Counted from the whole stretch's first letter, positions 13,887-26,898 are shown. The stretch is DNA of 63,186 nucleotides, filler included, from Octopus bimaculoides (GCF_001194135.2; 5 parts of 5 records of this genome joined end to end with filler, not necessarily neighbours in it), one strand, 5' to 3'. Made by a program: numbers and translations. Notes: generated by a model from the sequence alone, not told the origin.

Positions 13887-14118
13887 CAGATTTAAAACCT
13901 TGATTGAATGCGAAGAGAAGCAGGTGTCAAAAATGCTCATTTTTCTTTACTTGGCAATCCCTCGTCATGTATCTGAAAAGAGGGAAAATTTATTCATATT
14001 TCAAAAAAGTTGTTGAAGAAAATAGCCAAAAACAAAACATAAAACGTTAGATAAAAATATTTTTAGGTTAATTCAAATAACATTGAAAAGAAACGAACGA
14101 ATTCATGACAACTCGATA
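13887..14118 (-). mobile_element. Second copy of the same mariner 5' end (TIR and leader only)
   Basis: Degenerate direct repeat of about 13477-13724, ending in gacaactcgata. Confidence 0.75.
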
Positions 14119-15904
14119 TATATGTACCGGCAACAATTTATTGCAACGGCATGTTGTAAGATGTGAAAGATGAACAGTGATCGAAGTTGGAAAGAAATAT
14201 TTATTTACCGTTACTTTGTATATATCCAAAACCACGACGGCTTGGTATGTATAATTAGTAAATGGAACAGCATGCGAGGTAAAAAAGAGTTAGTTTCGGC
14301 CGGTATGTGTGTACACGATGTTATAGTAGTATATATAGAGAGAGATGGTAATGTTACAAAGAAAAGAGAGTTAGTGAAAGTGGGAGTCGAGCGAAGTTCT
14401 CTCGCATAGTTGCTGATTGTAACTTTCTTTCTCCCTCTGGCCGTTTGGTCTCTAGTAGCCGCCTGCTTGTGGCCATGACTCTAGTTGTCCGTTCACACTC
14501 ACTGATGGTCGCTCTCATTAACTGACTTTAGCTTACGGAGTTCTTCTTTTTATAACTATCCAAAACCTGCCAGGAGAGACATTGTTGAGAACAATAGATT
14601 TCGTTGGAGGTCTTTTATCTCTATCCTAGCTTTTGGTGGCCTAGAAGAAGTTAGAAGGGTCAAGTGGCAAAGACATTATTCCGGCTTAGTGAAGGCATCT
14701 GGTAAATGTAACTGCTATCACTAACAGAAAAACTATTGTTTTACCATGAGAAAAGTGCTGCTGAACAGTTAAGTGAAACTTGGCGATCGAGGATTGAATC
14801 CACGCTATGCCTGCATGAAGTTCACTACACACACACACATACACACACACACATGTGTGTGTGAGAATTAGTCTTTTCTTTTTTTACTGATTTCGTTTGG
14901 TGAACTTTGGCCACTGTGAAGCACTGCTAGTATGTTAACCATTTTTTGAAACCTGAGCACCAAACCGTTAATCCGTTAACATAGTCAACATTTTCATTAA
15001 CAATTTAACTTTTAAGTCAACTTGGGAAATCATTATCGGACTAATTAACTTCCGTTACATTTAACTTCCGTCAACTGAGTTAACTTCCATTAACTTCAAT
15101 TCAATTGAAGATGATGGATTTTATAGTTTTCGCACTTCTGAAAGGTGTTCTTAAGTGGTTTTAGAGCAAAAACTGTTTTTTTACGCTAGAGTGTGCAGTG
15201 CTGCAATTCGGATATGTTTTTTCTTTCTTCACTATCCACTCTATTCCTGTACGCGTCGTTGTGAACCATACAGAACGTTGTCGTGCAGTGGTTAACTCAC
15301 AGAGCGGCACGATATACAGAAACACAAAGCAATACCATTCTAAGAGAATGCCATTCCAGTTTATCATTAATAAAGGTCAACAAAGTTAGATGGAAATAAG
15401 TCAGATGGCTTAAACTGTTATTTATTCATCGCCTCTGATTTATTAATCGTTTCTGATGCTTATCAACGTAACAATCAATATTCATTATCAGTAATGCTTC
15501 TTTATCTCTGCTCTGTGTGAAACATACAAGTAGGGGTGTCTGGGGAACCATATTTTACACGTATCGTTTTTTTTTTGTGGACTTTATTTAACCATGTATC
15601 ATGTTCTTGTTGTTGTCGTCAATGGTGTTGTTAAGGTGGTGCAACTTAGAAAGTGGCCTTTCCTGTAGATATTAGCGGAGAAGCAAGGTGACATCTAGTG
15701 AACGTTAAAGAAACTAATTTGTCGTTGTTAGCACGGTTATAGCTTAGTAAGTGGCCTTCTCTGTTGATGTTAGTAGAGAACCAAACTACCGTGTAATCGA
15801 AGTTAAAGTAAAGAAGTTACTTCCCTGTTGATACTACTGGAGAAAACCAAGTCATCATTTTTATTCATTTGTTTATTCTATTTATTTATTACCTGGTTAT
15901 GTGA

Positions 15905-16200
15905 AGGCGCTTGACTCAGTGGTTAGAGAGTCGGGCTTACAATTATGAGGTTGTGAGTTCAATTTCCGGACCGGGTTGTGAGTTGTGTTCTTGAGCAAGA
16001 CACTTTATTTCAGTTTGCTCCAGTTCACTCAGCCGTAGAAATGGGTAGTGACGTCACTGGTGCTAACCTCTATAGGCCTTTGCCTTTCCTTTGGATAACA
16101 TCGGTGGCATGGAGAGAAGAGGCTGTATTGCATGGGCGACTGTTGGTCTTGTTATGGAGTTGGCGGGTGATCCAAAGGATATTTTATAGGCCAATCTAGA
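15905..16200 (+). mobile_element. Second tRNA-headed SINE family (related copies at about 370-620 plus, 10045-10250 minus, 34225-34405 minus)
   Basis: A/B-box-like head followed by ttgagcaagacacttt...gctccagttcactcagc. Confidence 0.7.
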
Positions 16201-16455
16201 GTCCAGAGTAACGCATGACTTATCCTTAGAAGAAAGTATTCCCTATATATTCTGTATGTTAGTGGAACATCACTGAGACAAGTGGAGAAGTTTATTATCT
16301 CGTTTTCACAAGTGGTGGAAGACAGGAGGCTGAAATTGGATGCTAGAATTGCAGGTGTTGCCACAGTAATGCGTTAGCTCGTGCATTTCTTCGTTTGAAG
16401 AGAAGTCATTNNNNNNNNNNNNNNNNNNNNNNNNNNNNNNNNNNNNNNNNNNNNT

Positions 16456-16467
16456 TAATTAATTAAN
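16456..16467. other. Artificial scaffold spacer TTAATTAATTAA inside Ns (also 46729-46740, 54679-54690 and 61294-61305)
   Basis: Identical 12-mer centred in four gaps of about 100 bp, giving stops in all six frames. Confidence 0.95.
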
Positions 16468-16510
16468 NNNNNNNNNNNNNNNNNNNNNNNNNNNNNNNNN
16501 NNNNNNNNNN

Positions 16511-16880
16511 AGTTACTGCTGTTTTTGTAAACAATAATTTTTGCCGGTGTCAAGAGTGTTATTCGCTGTTTAATTATATCATTATTCCCTAGTAAGGGTT
16601 TAGGGTTTTAGGGTTAGGTTTCGGGTTTTAGAGTTGGGGTTAGGGTTACGAGTTATAGGGTTTTAGGGTTAGGGTTAGGGTTATGAGTGAGGTTATGGCA
16701 AGAATAATCATAACCCTAACCATAACCCTAACTCTAAAACCCGAACCCTAAAGCTAAAACCAGTACAAACGCACGAACGAGGTCATAAATAACAGTACCA
16801 CAGATAGTTGTTGTTCACAAACTACGGCACTAATTTTATTCAAGGGAAAAGATCCCATGACACCGTTAGAACATGTTGTT
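16511..16880. repeat. Foldback element with inverted telomere-like arrays
   Basis: Degenerate (TTAGGG)n at about 16592-16695, then (CCCTAA)n at about 16710-16760. Outer inverted ends ttactgc.gt...tgtaaacaa...cggtgtca. Confidence 0.75.
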
Positions 16881-17619
16881 TACATTCCACGGCAGTAATT
16901 GTTTTCACTTCAATAGACGTCAGTGATTGGTTGAAATTACCGAAATACAACAATTTTTTTTATATGACATAACTTCGAATACAAAATTTTTTATCGGTTC
17001 TATAACACAAAATATACAAGTATACGAAGTTTGAAAGTGTTTCGGTACCAAACACACTACATAAAACATAAATGAAAAGTGTTGCCCGTCAAATCAGAAA
17101 GATCCGAGCACGCCTTTATTGGAACAAATCGACCACTAGTACTTATTCTAACGGTATCCTTTGCTGTCAAGCAATGGTGGGAGTACAAACACACACACAC
17201 AAATATACATATATACGACAGTCTTCTTTCAGTTTCCATCTACCAAATCCACTCACAAGGCTTTGGTCAGCCTGAGGCTATAGTGTATATATATATATAT
17301 ATGTATGTGTATGTGTGTGTGTGTATATATATACATAACAGAAAGGGAGGAATTTCAATTACCCCCACGTGGTGAGTTGTAATATATATAAGAAATTAAA
17401 GAAGGAAAATGTACACACTTTACATAGTTTTAATATAATTTTTAATATATCTTGTATTGTGTTTATCAACCGGTTTCACATTCGCTATTCATGATTAAAA
17501 TTTATTTGAATACGTATTTTCTTAGGAAGAATTTTTTTGTCCATGTTGTGTATGAAGTTTATGAATGAATAATTTAACAAGTATAAAAATCTAAGGGGAG
17601 GTAATTGGTTATCGTTATC

Positions 17620-18300
17620 ATTGTGGGCAGGGGAGATAATTGTTCAGTTCTCTGCAACAAAAATCAGTATACTAGCTAAAGGATTAAAGTTTACTCCAAC
17701 CCCACAAAGTTTTAACCATACTGAGATTAAAGAGAATATTTCGGAATTCTGCAGAAAACTACGACTTGCAAAAGCACTAACTGACTACAAGAATGAAGAT
17801 GAGTCACTGGTTAAAAACAAAAGTAATTACCTTCCACATAAAGGTAGGAATAAAACACTAAACGACTTCTCATATACTTACCATAAATAAAAAATTAATT
17901 CAAACCTCAACAATCTAGAATGGGAAAATCTAATTGAACTACAAACCGACAAAGACCTGACAATTAAAGAAGCAGACAAAGGAAGTGCTGTAGTCCTGAT
18001 GGACACAGAATACTATAAAATCCTAGTGTTATCCATACTAGAAAACAATGCCTTCTACGAAAAAGTTGTAAACTATAAAGAACAAACATTAATGAAAAAT
18101 CTTGCATCCTTAATACTTCTACGTGGAAATGGCCTGACAGAAAAAGAAACCGACTACATCACGAACTTCAAATGTAAACCTACTCTTTTTTACAGCCTAC
18201 CTAAAATAACAAGAGCAAGATAATTAATGAAGCCTGCAAACAATCACCAGGCAAATACATAAATATCCAAGCCCCAGAAGACTTAACTTTAAGGCCCATT
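17620..18300 (+). mobile_element. Second PLE fragment (N-terminal and RT-proximal part, Neptune/Poseidon-like)
   Basis: LAKGLKFTPTP, FCRKLRL, IKEADKGSAVVLMD, FYSLPKI(H)KS and LRPI across frameshifts. Truncated at a (TATG)n tract. Confidence 0.85.
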
Positions 18301-18397
18301 ATATGTATGTATATGTATGTATGTATGTATGTATATGTATGTATGTATATATATGTATGTATGTATGTATGTATATGTATGTATGTATATATATATG

Positions 18398-18440
<43 letters not shown>
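18301..18440. repeat. Compound (TATG)n(TA)n microsatellite. Many other (TA)n, (GT)n, (GA)n, (CAT)n and (GATA)n tracts occur throughout, e.g. 141-181, 53620-53836, 61706-61770 and 63145-63186.
   Basis: Directly visible. Confidence 0.95.
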
Positions 18441-18442
<2 letters not shown>

Positions 18443-20070
18443 TAGAAGAGATACCCGGTGTTGCTCGTGTTACATGCAATTGAAGAATTATCCTTTTCTG
18501 TTATATTTTCTCTAACGAACTGGAATACCTATGATTCAAATTTCATCAAAATTGCAGATGAGTGTTCTTTCCCTCGACACATCCTAAAAAAATTCTAATC
18601 ATGACACATGTATCCCATACTATTGATCTTTATGTGCAGAATCCCAAATTCCAGTTTTATGGAACCTCTTAAAAGGATTTTGCTCCTGAAAAATGGTTGT
18701 CATAGAGCTCTAATACGTGGGAGTTAAGGCCCCTATTGGGGGTGGGTGTTTTAATGTCAACCAGAGAAGTTGAATTGTTGAGAATATTTTGAACTTGGGT
18801 CTTATATGTATTGTTTGATTTTCTTTGAAATAGGAAATATATGTATGTTCACTGGGTTTGTAAAAGAGAGCAAAGCTAGAGGAAACCAAAAGATGAATGA
18901 TCCCAATAAGCAGTCAGCTACCCTACCCTGGTCGTTACTACTCCCCAATGTAGGATTCCTCACCATACAGGTGGTAGGCACAGCCATAAGATGCATTACA
19001 GATCTCTAGCAATTGGAAGGGCATGACCCAACTCAAACATTAACAACTGTGACGTGAGGGCTAAGGGGAAATGAAAGTGTCACCTCTGGAGTTTGCAAAT
19101 GACCACTATAGCGATAGGTAACTAGACAGAATAAATTTACAATCTACAAATGTCTTTCAATAACCAGTCACTCATCTGGGAAGGCCTTGAAATCAATGTT
19201 ACCATCGGGGGACCATGTGTGACCCAGTGATAATGAAAAGACTCAAAGGAGGTCTGCAACTAAATAACTTTACTGAACACTTTGCAACTGAATCAGTAGA
19301 GGGAAAGATACCTCTCATTTACTTGACAATTTATGCACCACATTGCAGAAATCACAATCTAAGTATATCTGAAAGCAAACTCTTACACTGTTGTACCATT
19401 GAATTACAAATAACGCTCATCTTTTATGCTCGGGTGACCCTACAGCTTCCAAGAGTACAACTGTATTCGTCTTTGCTTAGATAAAATGACTAAATTCTGG
19501 GTGTTAAGTCCACATGAAGGGGATTTTGTAATTTCTAAGATGAAATTTTAGAAATATTATTTCATTTTTGTTTAATATCTATGGTTAAAATTTCATCAAC
19601 AGCAAAAATATATGAATTTTCATGGAGGTTATGGCCCTTATGCATAGAATATAATTTCGAAATTTCATAAAGATCCATTCAGTACTTTTGACCTAGTTTT
19701 GGATCATAAAAAATGACTAAAATTTGGGAGCTAGGGGTCTTAGAATCCTCATGAGAAGTGGAAACTTTGAGAATACTTCTTGATGTGCATCAATTAATTG
19801 CCCATGGTTGAAATTTCATCAACATTGAAAATTTATGAATTTTCATGGGGATTCTGCCCCCTTGAAGCCATCTCAAATTGAAATCAAACATACTGCATTA
19901 TACCTGTCCTTATGCATTGAATCTAAGTTCCAAATATCATAAGGATCCGTTCAATAATTTTGGTCCATGAAATTGTATGAAACACACAGCATTACCCTTC
20001 TCCCTAGGCTTGGATTTTGTGTTCCAAATTTCATTCCAAAACATCAGAGGATCTTCTGAGAATTTCTGTG
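18441..20070 (+). mobile_element. Probable non-autonomous Helitron/DINE-1-like element
   Basis: Starts ACTAG..ATACCCGGTGTTGCTCG right after a (TA)n tract, with several degenerate aaatttcat...gatcc.ttcag/a repeats at 19490-20070. The assignment rests on resemblance from memory. Confidence 0.4.
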
Positions 20071-21871
20071 CACAACACTTCACTAATTATAATCAAACTT
20101 TCAAGCCAAACAATACACAAAAGAAAAAAAAGTAAATTCCCCACTACTACCAACCATTTGTGGAGCAACATTATAGTATTTCAGTTTCACTTTTATCAAT
20201 CAGTGGCTTTATGCATGTATGTATATATGGGTGTATAAAGATATGTATGTTAGTCTGTGTGCATATGTTTATGAAGACACTTTTTAAATACGGCTGTAAA
20301 AAAGTCAAATTTTTTGGACCATTTTTAAGGTCAAATTTATGGGGTCAACTGATGTCTAAGAGAATAAAAACAAAAACACAACAAATTACAGTAATATTAC
20401 CAGTTCTATGCATCAAAACACGTCCTAGTAAATAACAAAACCGCATAGCTTTTATAAATATTTACACTTTCTGTTTTATTTGTATCCATCAAACAGACTA
20501 GCTGAGTGAAATCAATTTACATCTCATAATTATGTTATATTACCACAGGTAACATATCTACCCAGTTCTGGCATGCCACTACCTACCATAATACAGTGCA
20601 TACAGCTGATACCTACTTGGCATGTTTCAAAAAAAGTTGCAGGGTGTTATGTGCAGTTACCAGTAAATGTCCATAATATGGTGTAGAGTTGTTGATCTGG
20701 AGCAGGGATTCCCAAAGTGTTCACTGAAAATTATCAGGGGTTCCACGTTTTTAAAAATAATGTCAAAGGGTTCCGCAGCAAAAAAAGAAAAAAGGGAACC
20801 ACTGATCTAGCAAGTGGCCAAATGTTTTCAGGCTTACCAAAATCATGTCTCAGTACGAATTCATACAAAGGTGTTTGCTGATAGTGTTGTCTGTGAAGCA
20901 TGCTTCTCACCATGTAAACAGACGAGCATATGACGTGTTTATTGTATTTGGAGATGAGGAAAATATAAGGGTCGCATGGGAACCACTGTTCTAGCGATTA
21001 ATTGCTTGTTTTTTTGGCTTGTCAAAGTCATGCCTTTGTATGAATTCAGGCAGTGGCATTTGCCAATGTTTGCCAATAATGCTGGCTGAGAAACATGATT
21101 CTCACTATGTAAACGAGTGTATGACGCATGTGTTTATTGTGTTTGAAGATGTAAGCAGGCTCGCAGCATTTCCTGTGCATACATTTTAGTAATGGTGATA
21201 TAGCACCCATCAACAGATGTGTAGTGCCTGCTATTAAATGGTGTTCTACTATAAGCACCGTGCATTCCATTATAAGCACCAAGCATTCCACCAAGAGCAA
21301 GCTACAGTAAGGTAGTCACACAATTTTATAACTGTGTCATTTCTACGTACAGGAGAATACGGCATCTTGACCCACAAATGTTGTCTTGTTCATGAAATAC
21401 TAGGGTCGACTTTTATACGGGGTCTATGCAAAATTCCCAATCTTTGGCTAAAAATAGGGATTGACTTTTACATGAGATCGACTATTATTCAAGTATATAT
21501 TCTCTTTACTGATCTCTTGATGAAACAAGTTACAAGGTGTAAGTAAACTATATATATACACACACACATATACAGATCTTCTTTCAGTTTCTGTCTACCA
21601 AATCCACTCACTAGGCTTTGGCTGGCCTGGGGCTATTGTGGAAGACATTTGCCCAAGGTGCTATGCAGTGAAACTGAACCTCAAATTATGTTGGGAAGTG
21701 AACCACACAGCCATGCCTGTGCCTACATTATATATATATTCATGATTACTATTTTATACACTCGTTTAAAATAAAATGTCTCATACAGTTATCTGTATTA
21801 CTGAAGGCAAACACACAGACTTTTTGTTTTTGTAATGGCACTGAGCATGAGAAGATATTATTCTGCTTCAA

Positions 21872-22215
21872 TCATCATCATCATCGTTTAACGTCCGCTT
21901 TCCATGCTAGCATGGGTTGGACGATTTGACTGAGGACTGGCAAGCCAGAAGGTTGCACCAGGCTCCTATCTGATCTGGCAGAGTTTCTACAGCTGGATGC
22001 CCTTCCTAACACCAACCACTCTGAGAGTGTAGTGGGTGCTTTTACGTGCCACCGGTACAAGGGCCAGTCACACGGTACTGGCAATGGCCTTGCTCAAAAG
22101 GTGTTTTTTATGTGCCACCTGCACGGAAGCCAGTCCAGCGGCACTGTCAACAACCTCGCTCGAATGATTTTCTAACGTGCCACCCCCACAATGCTAGAAG
22201 GTGACGCTGGTAATG
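21872..22215 (-). repeat. RTE 3'-UTR/tail fragment (plus-strand copy at about 25005-25208, further degenerate copies elsewhere)
   Basis: Shares ccaacccatgctagcatggaaagcggacgttaaacgatgatg with the LINE tail. Confidence 0.8.
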
Positions 22216-22448
22216 ATGTTATATTTATTTAATTCTAATGATGAACTCACAGCATATGGAATTAATAGTGTTAGTCACTGGTGTATAAGATTTGAACTCG
22301 AAAGACAGTAGATATTGAGCCCAACATCAAAATAGAAACTATTTTTTACATTCCATACATTAAACTAGCATTTATATGAACTGGTAATTAATTACTTTTT
22401 ATTTAATATCTATAGTTTTAATGTTTATTTTTTTTTTTTCACTTATAG

Positions 22449-22511
22449 GTTTACCCAGACATGGTAGCACTCACAGAACGGAAAAAAATAACAAGCACAA
22501 AGAATGAATAA
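22449..22511 (+). CDS. Candidate terminal coding exon, VYPDMVALTERKKITSTKNE-stop
   Basis: Very long poly-T acceptor (ttttttttttttcacttatag), open phase-0 frame to TAA, ATTAAA at about 22741. Upstream exons were not found. Confidence 0.3.
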   Translation, partial: VYPDMVALTERKKITSTKNE

Positions 22512-23837
22512 CATTGATAACATTTTATTTTGTGTGAAATCATTAAAAAAAATATCAACATTTTCGATTTGGTGATGGAAGACAAATATACATACATACA
22601 TGCTTATATTAGTATTGTAAGTATTATAATATACATCATCAGGGATATATATTAAGGGTGTATGCTGTGCACACCACTGCACTATACACTGACAGAAGTT
22701 ATGAAATAACAATTTAACTAATTTAAGTAATATACTTTATATTAAATACAACACAGTATAAATACTTGTTTCACATGCCTTAATAATGGTTTCTACAATA
22801 GGCACAAAGCCTGAAATTTGCAGGGAGGAGATAAGTTGATCACATCAACCCCAGTACTTGACTGGTACTTAATTTATTGACCCTGTAAGGATGAAAAGTA
22901 AAGTCAACCATGGCGGAATCTAAACTCAGAACATGGACAGGCAAAATATGGCTAAACATTTTGCCTGGCATGCTAATGATGCTGCTAGCTCACTGCCTTA
23001 ATAATAATAATAATAATAATAATCCTTTCTGCTATAAGGCACAAGGCCTGAAATTTGTGGGGAGGGGGTAAGTCAATCACATCAACCACAGTACTTCACT
23101 GGTACTTAATTTATCAATTCTGTAAGGTGNNNNNNNNNNCATTTTGCCTGGCATGCTAATGATGCTGCTAGCTCACTGCCTTAATAATAATAATAATAAT
23201 AATAATCCTTTCTGCTATAAGGCACAAGGCCTGAAATTTGTGGGGAGGGGGTAAGTCAATCACATCAACCACAGTACTTCACTGGTACTTAATTTATCAA
23301 TTCTGTAAGGTGAAAGGCAAAGTCAACCTTGGCGGAATTTGAACTCAGAACATGGACAGGCAAAATATGGCTAAGCATTTTGCCTGGCATGCTAACAATT
23401 CTGCCAGCTCACCACCTTGCATGTCTTCTTCATAATAGTAAATCTAAGCACCACTGTGGAACTGTTATGGTGTTATTTCCAGCAGCATGTATTGCTACTA
23501 TGCAACGTTGATTGATTAAGATAGAAGCGAGATTGGTAGCACGAACACCAAGAATGTTGAAAGAGTAGCCTAAACTGTAGCCACTGGAAGACAAACAAGG
23601 CATCACCTACCCAAGTTTATAATGTTGTTTGCTTGATATCGCAGTATTATGGTAAGATTGCATTTTTTAAATCATTTAAACTGATTATCAGCTGTTCTAC
23701 TTCATGTTCTCCACACAGGTTATGACTTTAATATATTGTTTAAGCATACAACATTCTTGGTGTTTAACTATAAACTTTCATACTGTTTATAGACAAAGTA
23801 TACTGTTATTTTGATATTTGTAGTGTAATACAAGAAA

Positions 23838-23899
<62 letters not shown>

Positions 23900-24002
23900 T
23901 ACACACACTTATAAGTAGGTATTATTTGTAATGTGATGTAGTTATAATAGAGTTATATATTCAGACTATATTGCTAAGGCTCTTCTACACTACTTTATAA
24001 AT

Positions 24003-24896
24003 TATGTTGAGTCAAAAGTTTTGCAATATTTTGGTAACTTATTTGCTTTATTCATCAAGTTGCAACAAAAGCAGCCAAAGCATTCAAAGTTGTAGAGACC
24101 ATCATGTTGCACTGTCTGAAGCGACCTTTCCACCAATTCTTTGATCCCTTACTGATACTGGTTCTTGTCCTTCAAGGCAAAGAACTCCTTCACTGAAGCT
24201 TCCACCTTCACTTTGTTAACGAAGCATCACGTGCACAAGAAGTGAGCCATAGATCAGAACAAGTAATAATTTGAGCGAGATATTTTTCCACAATCTTAAT
24301 GTGCATAAGCAGTGGTTAAGCAAGGGTTAAATTCTGGAACTTGTCGCCAAACCTGGGTGTTTTAAACACAAGGTGATGCTCTGTGTCTGGTGAAATTATG
24401 AGGGGAAATTCACTACAAGTTTGCTCTGGACAGTCGAACAATCAATATCCACTTTTCCTATGCCACTGTGCAGCAAAAATAGCCAGCATCGGTTAACAGA
24501 AAGTGAAGTCTTCTGCAGCAAGACAAGCAAGACCGCATACTGCTCAAATGACCTGGAATAAGCTCCAGGAACTTGACAGAATTGAACTGATGCCAGACCC
24601 AGCATATAGTCCAGCCCTAGATCCCTTGGATTATAACGTGTTCTGATCCATGGCTCACTTCCTGCGCTTGTGATGCTTCATCAATCAAGAGGAATTAGAA
24701 GCGTCAGTGAAGGAGTTCTTTACCTTAATGGACAAGAATGGGTGTCAGCATGGGATCAAAGAACTGGCAGAAAGGTGGCTTCAGACAGAGCAACACGATA
24801 GTCTCTGCTATGTTGAATGCTAGGCTGCTTTTGTTGTAACTTGACAGATAAAGCAAATAAGTTACCAGAATATTACAAAACTTTTGACTCAATACA
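24003..24896 (+). mobile_element. Mariner derivative with about 270-bp inverted arms made of the transposase 3' end
   Basis: Plus-strand KVMLCVW, ARPHTAQ, PAYSPALDPLDY and KELAERWLQ remnants at 24290-24830. 24003-24270 is the reverse complement of about 24630-24896. Confidence 0.85.
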
Positions 24897-25540
24897 ATAT
24901 TACATTATAATTCATGTTCTGCACTATTTATAAACTTACTATATATTCTCAACTAACCATAACTATTTTACATGAACAAAGATCAGATTTGCCTTGTAGT
25001 ATGACTGGCCTTCGTGCAGGTGACACGTAAAAGCACCTACTACACTCTCTGAGTGGTTGGCGTTAGGAAGGGCATCCAGCTGTAGAAACTCTGCCAAATT
25101 TAGATTGGAGCCTGGTGTTGCCATCCGGTTTCACCAGTCCTCAGTCAAATCGTCCAACCCATGCTAGCATGGAAAGCGGACGTTAAACGATGATGATGAT
25201 GATGATGATATGCTACTGACTTATCCTATAGTATATAACTAGGTATTGTGAAGAGTTATATTAGTGCATAATAAAGCTGTGTTATAGAATGGTTACTAAA
25301 TATACAGCAGTATTAACACACTATTATACTAAACCTATACGTCTCATATTCTCTGTAGTGTCAATACATTCTTATCAGATATAACATTTTGTTTTTTTCC
25401 ATACAATGTTCAAGTTTATCATATTAAGTTCAGCACACCCTGTTTCATTACCCATAGTATGCCACTGACATACACACACTTCAATACTGAAATATCAAAC
25501 ATAGTAAGTAAGAAACCTTGTGTGTGTGTGTGTGTGTATA

Positions 25541-25579
<39 letters not shown>

Positions 25580-26177
25580 GCCAGTCTTTACAGGATAATT
25601 CCCTGCCATTCTGTACAGAAATACTTTTAATTCCTTCTTCAAGAGACATACTAAAGTTTAGATGAAGCCATACATCAGAACAATTAACAGGCCATTACAG
25701 TGCAAGTGGAAGTGTCATTGTTGTTGTTGTTGAGTAATTCTGAGCTGACCCATGACCAGAGTTTTGGATTTGGTACCCCATACCTTATAAGAAAGGAAAA
25801 AGTTATTTTTTCTTCATTTCTTTTTTTTGGGGGGGGAGGAGGAAACTTATTTCTGTATTTTACATAATAGAAATTGTGATCCCCACATAATTTTTTAAAA
25901 AATTTCCTCATTTTTACATTTCTGCCCTCCCACCCCAATTCTGTAACTTTTTCTTCCTTTTTCCATGAAGTATGGCATGCCTAATCTAAAACTCCAGGCC
26001 CATGATATGTGTCAACTTCAGTGATAGAATAGGTGACACAGATACAGTAGCCAAAAACACATATTTTTGATATTGGTTCAAATCAAACTTTTAGAACATG
26101 ATTAGTTTTCAAATCATAGTTGTCTCATTTTTATGGTAGGAGAGTGGAAGAGATTATTCTTGAATTTAACAATTTAA

Positions 26178-26397
26178 CCCTTTAGCATTTAAACCAGTCA
26201 AGTCCAGCAAAAAATATTCTACCTGTTTCATGTTCAAACTGGCGAAATCCAGCCTCTCGCACATATTCTACAACTTCATTCTAAAATTAAACAATCACAT
26301 CATAAAAATCTCAAGCTATGAGATAATGCATGATTAATTAAAAACAATGTGGATAAATAAGTATTACATTTGGTAGAATAATCTGAATACTAAAAGG
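26178..26397. mobile_element. piggyBac-like MITE (related partial copy at about 46020-46215)
   Basis: TTAA on both sides, ends CCCTTTAGCATT...AATACTAAAAGG. Confidence 0.7.
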
Positions 26398-26578
26398 TTA
26401 AAAATGAGGTGTCTTCATTAGTTTTAAAGATAGTACTGGAGTGTGTAAAGAGAAACTTGGTTGCTGTACTGTGCAGATGATGGTTCATACAATTGGTGAC
26501 ATAGCTGTTGTTGAGTAATCCCTTTTAAATAAATATTAAAGAAACCTCCAAATTTTGCACACGACATATGATGTAAAC

Positions 26579-26898
26579 CAGTGATTCTCAACAAAGGTCT
26601 TTATAAGATTTTTGGGGGGTCCATACAACAAAATAGTATATTGGAGATCCACAAGAGTATTTTATGGGCTCCTGAAAACAATTAGCCCTAGATGTATGTA
26701 TTGATATGTACTGCAAGAAACAGCTTGGTTTCTTTCTCTGACATTTTATGTAGATGAACCTACACAAGTTAATGTGTGAAAAACAAATTAGGAATTTTGA
26801 AAGAACTCATTTTTAAACATCAAATGGCTATGGCGGTCCATCAGAATAAAATAGTAATCAAGAGAGTCTATACATAATAAAATGGTTGAGAACCCCTG
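26579..26898. mobile_element. hAT-type MITE (related pieces near 20703-20804, 28670-29015 and 43950-44175)
   Basis: TIR CAGtGaTTCTCAAC / GTTGAGAACCCCTG, 8-bp TSD atgtaaac/atataaac. Confidence 0.8.

Noticed and set aside
14574-14701. Open 42-codon plus-strand stretch with AG/GT ends (RDIVENNRFRWRSFISILAFGGLEE...)
   Set aside because: It resembles the RTE LINE C-terminal DR..WRS...L motif and the splice sites are modest. More likely a LINE remnant, though not excluded as an exon.
22960-23312. Apparent tandem duplication of about 170 bp of a SINE
   Set aside because: The copies are essentially identical and separated by a 10-N gap, typical of overlapping contig ends.
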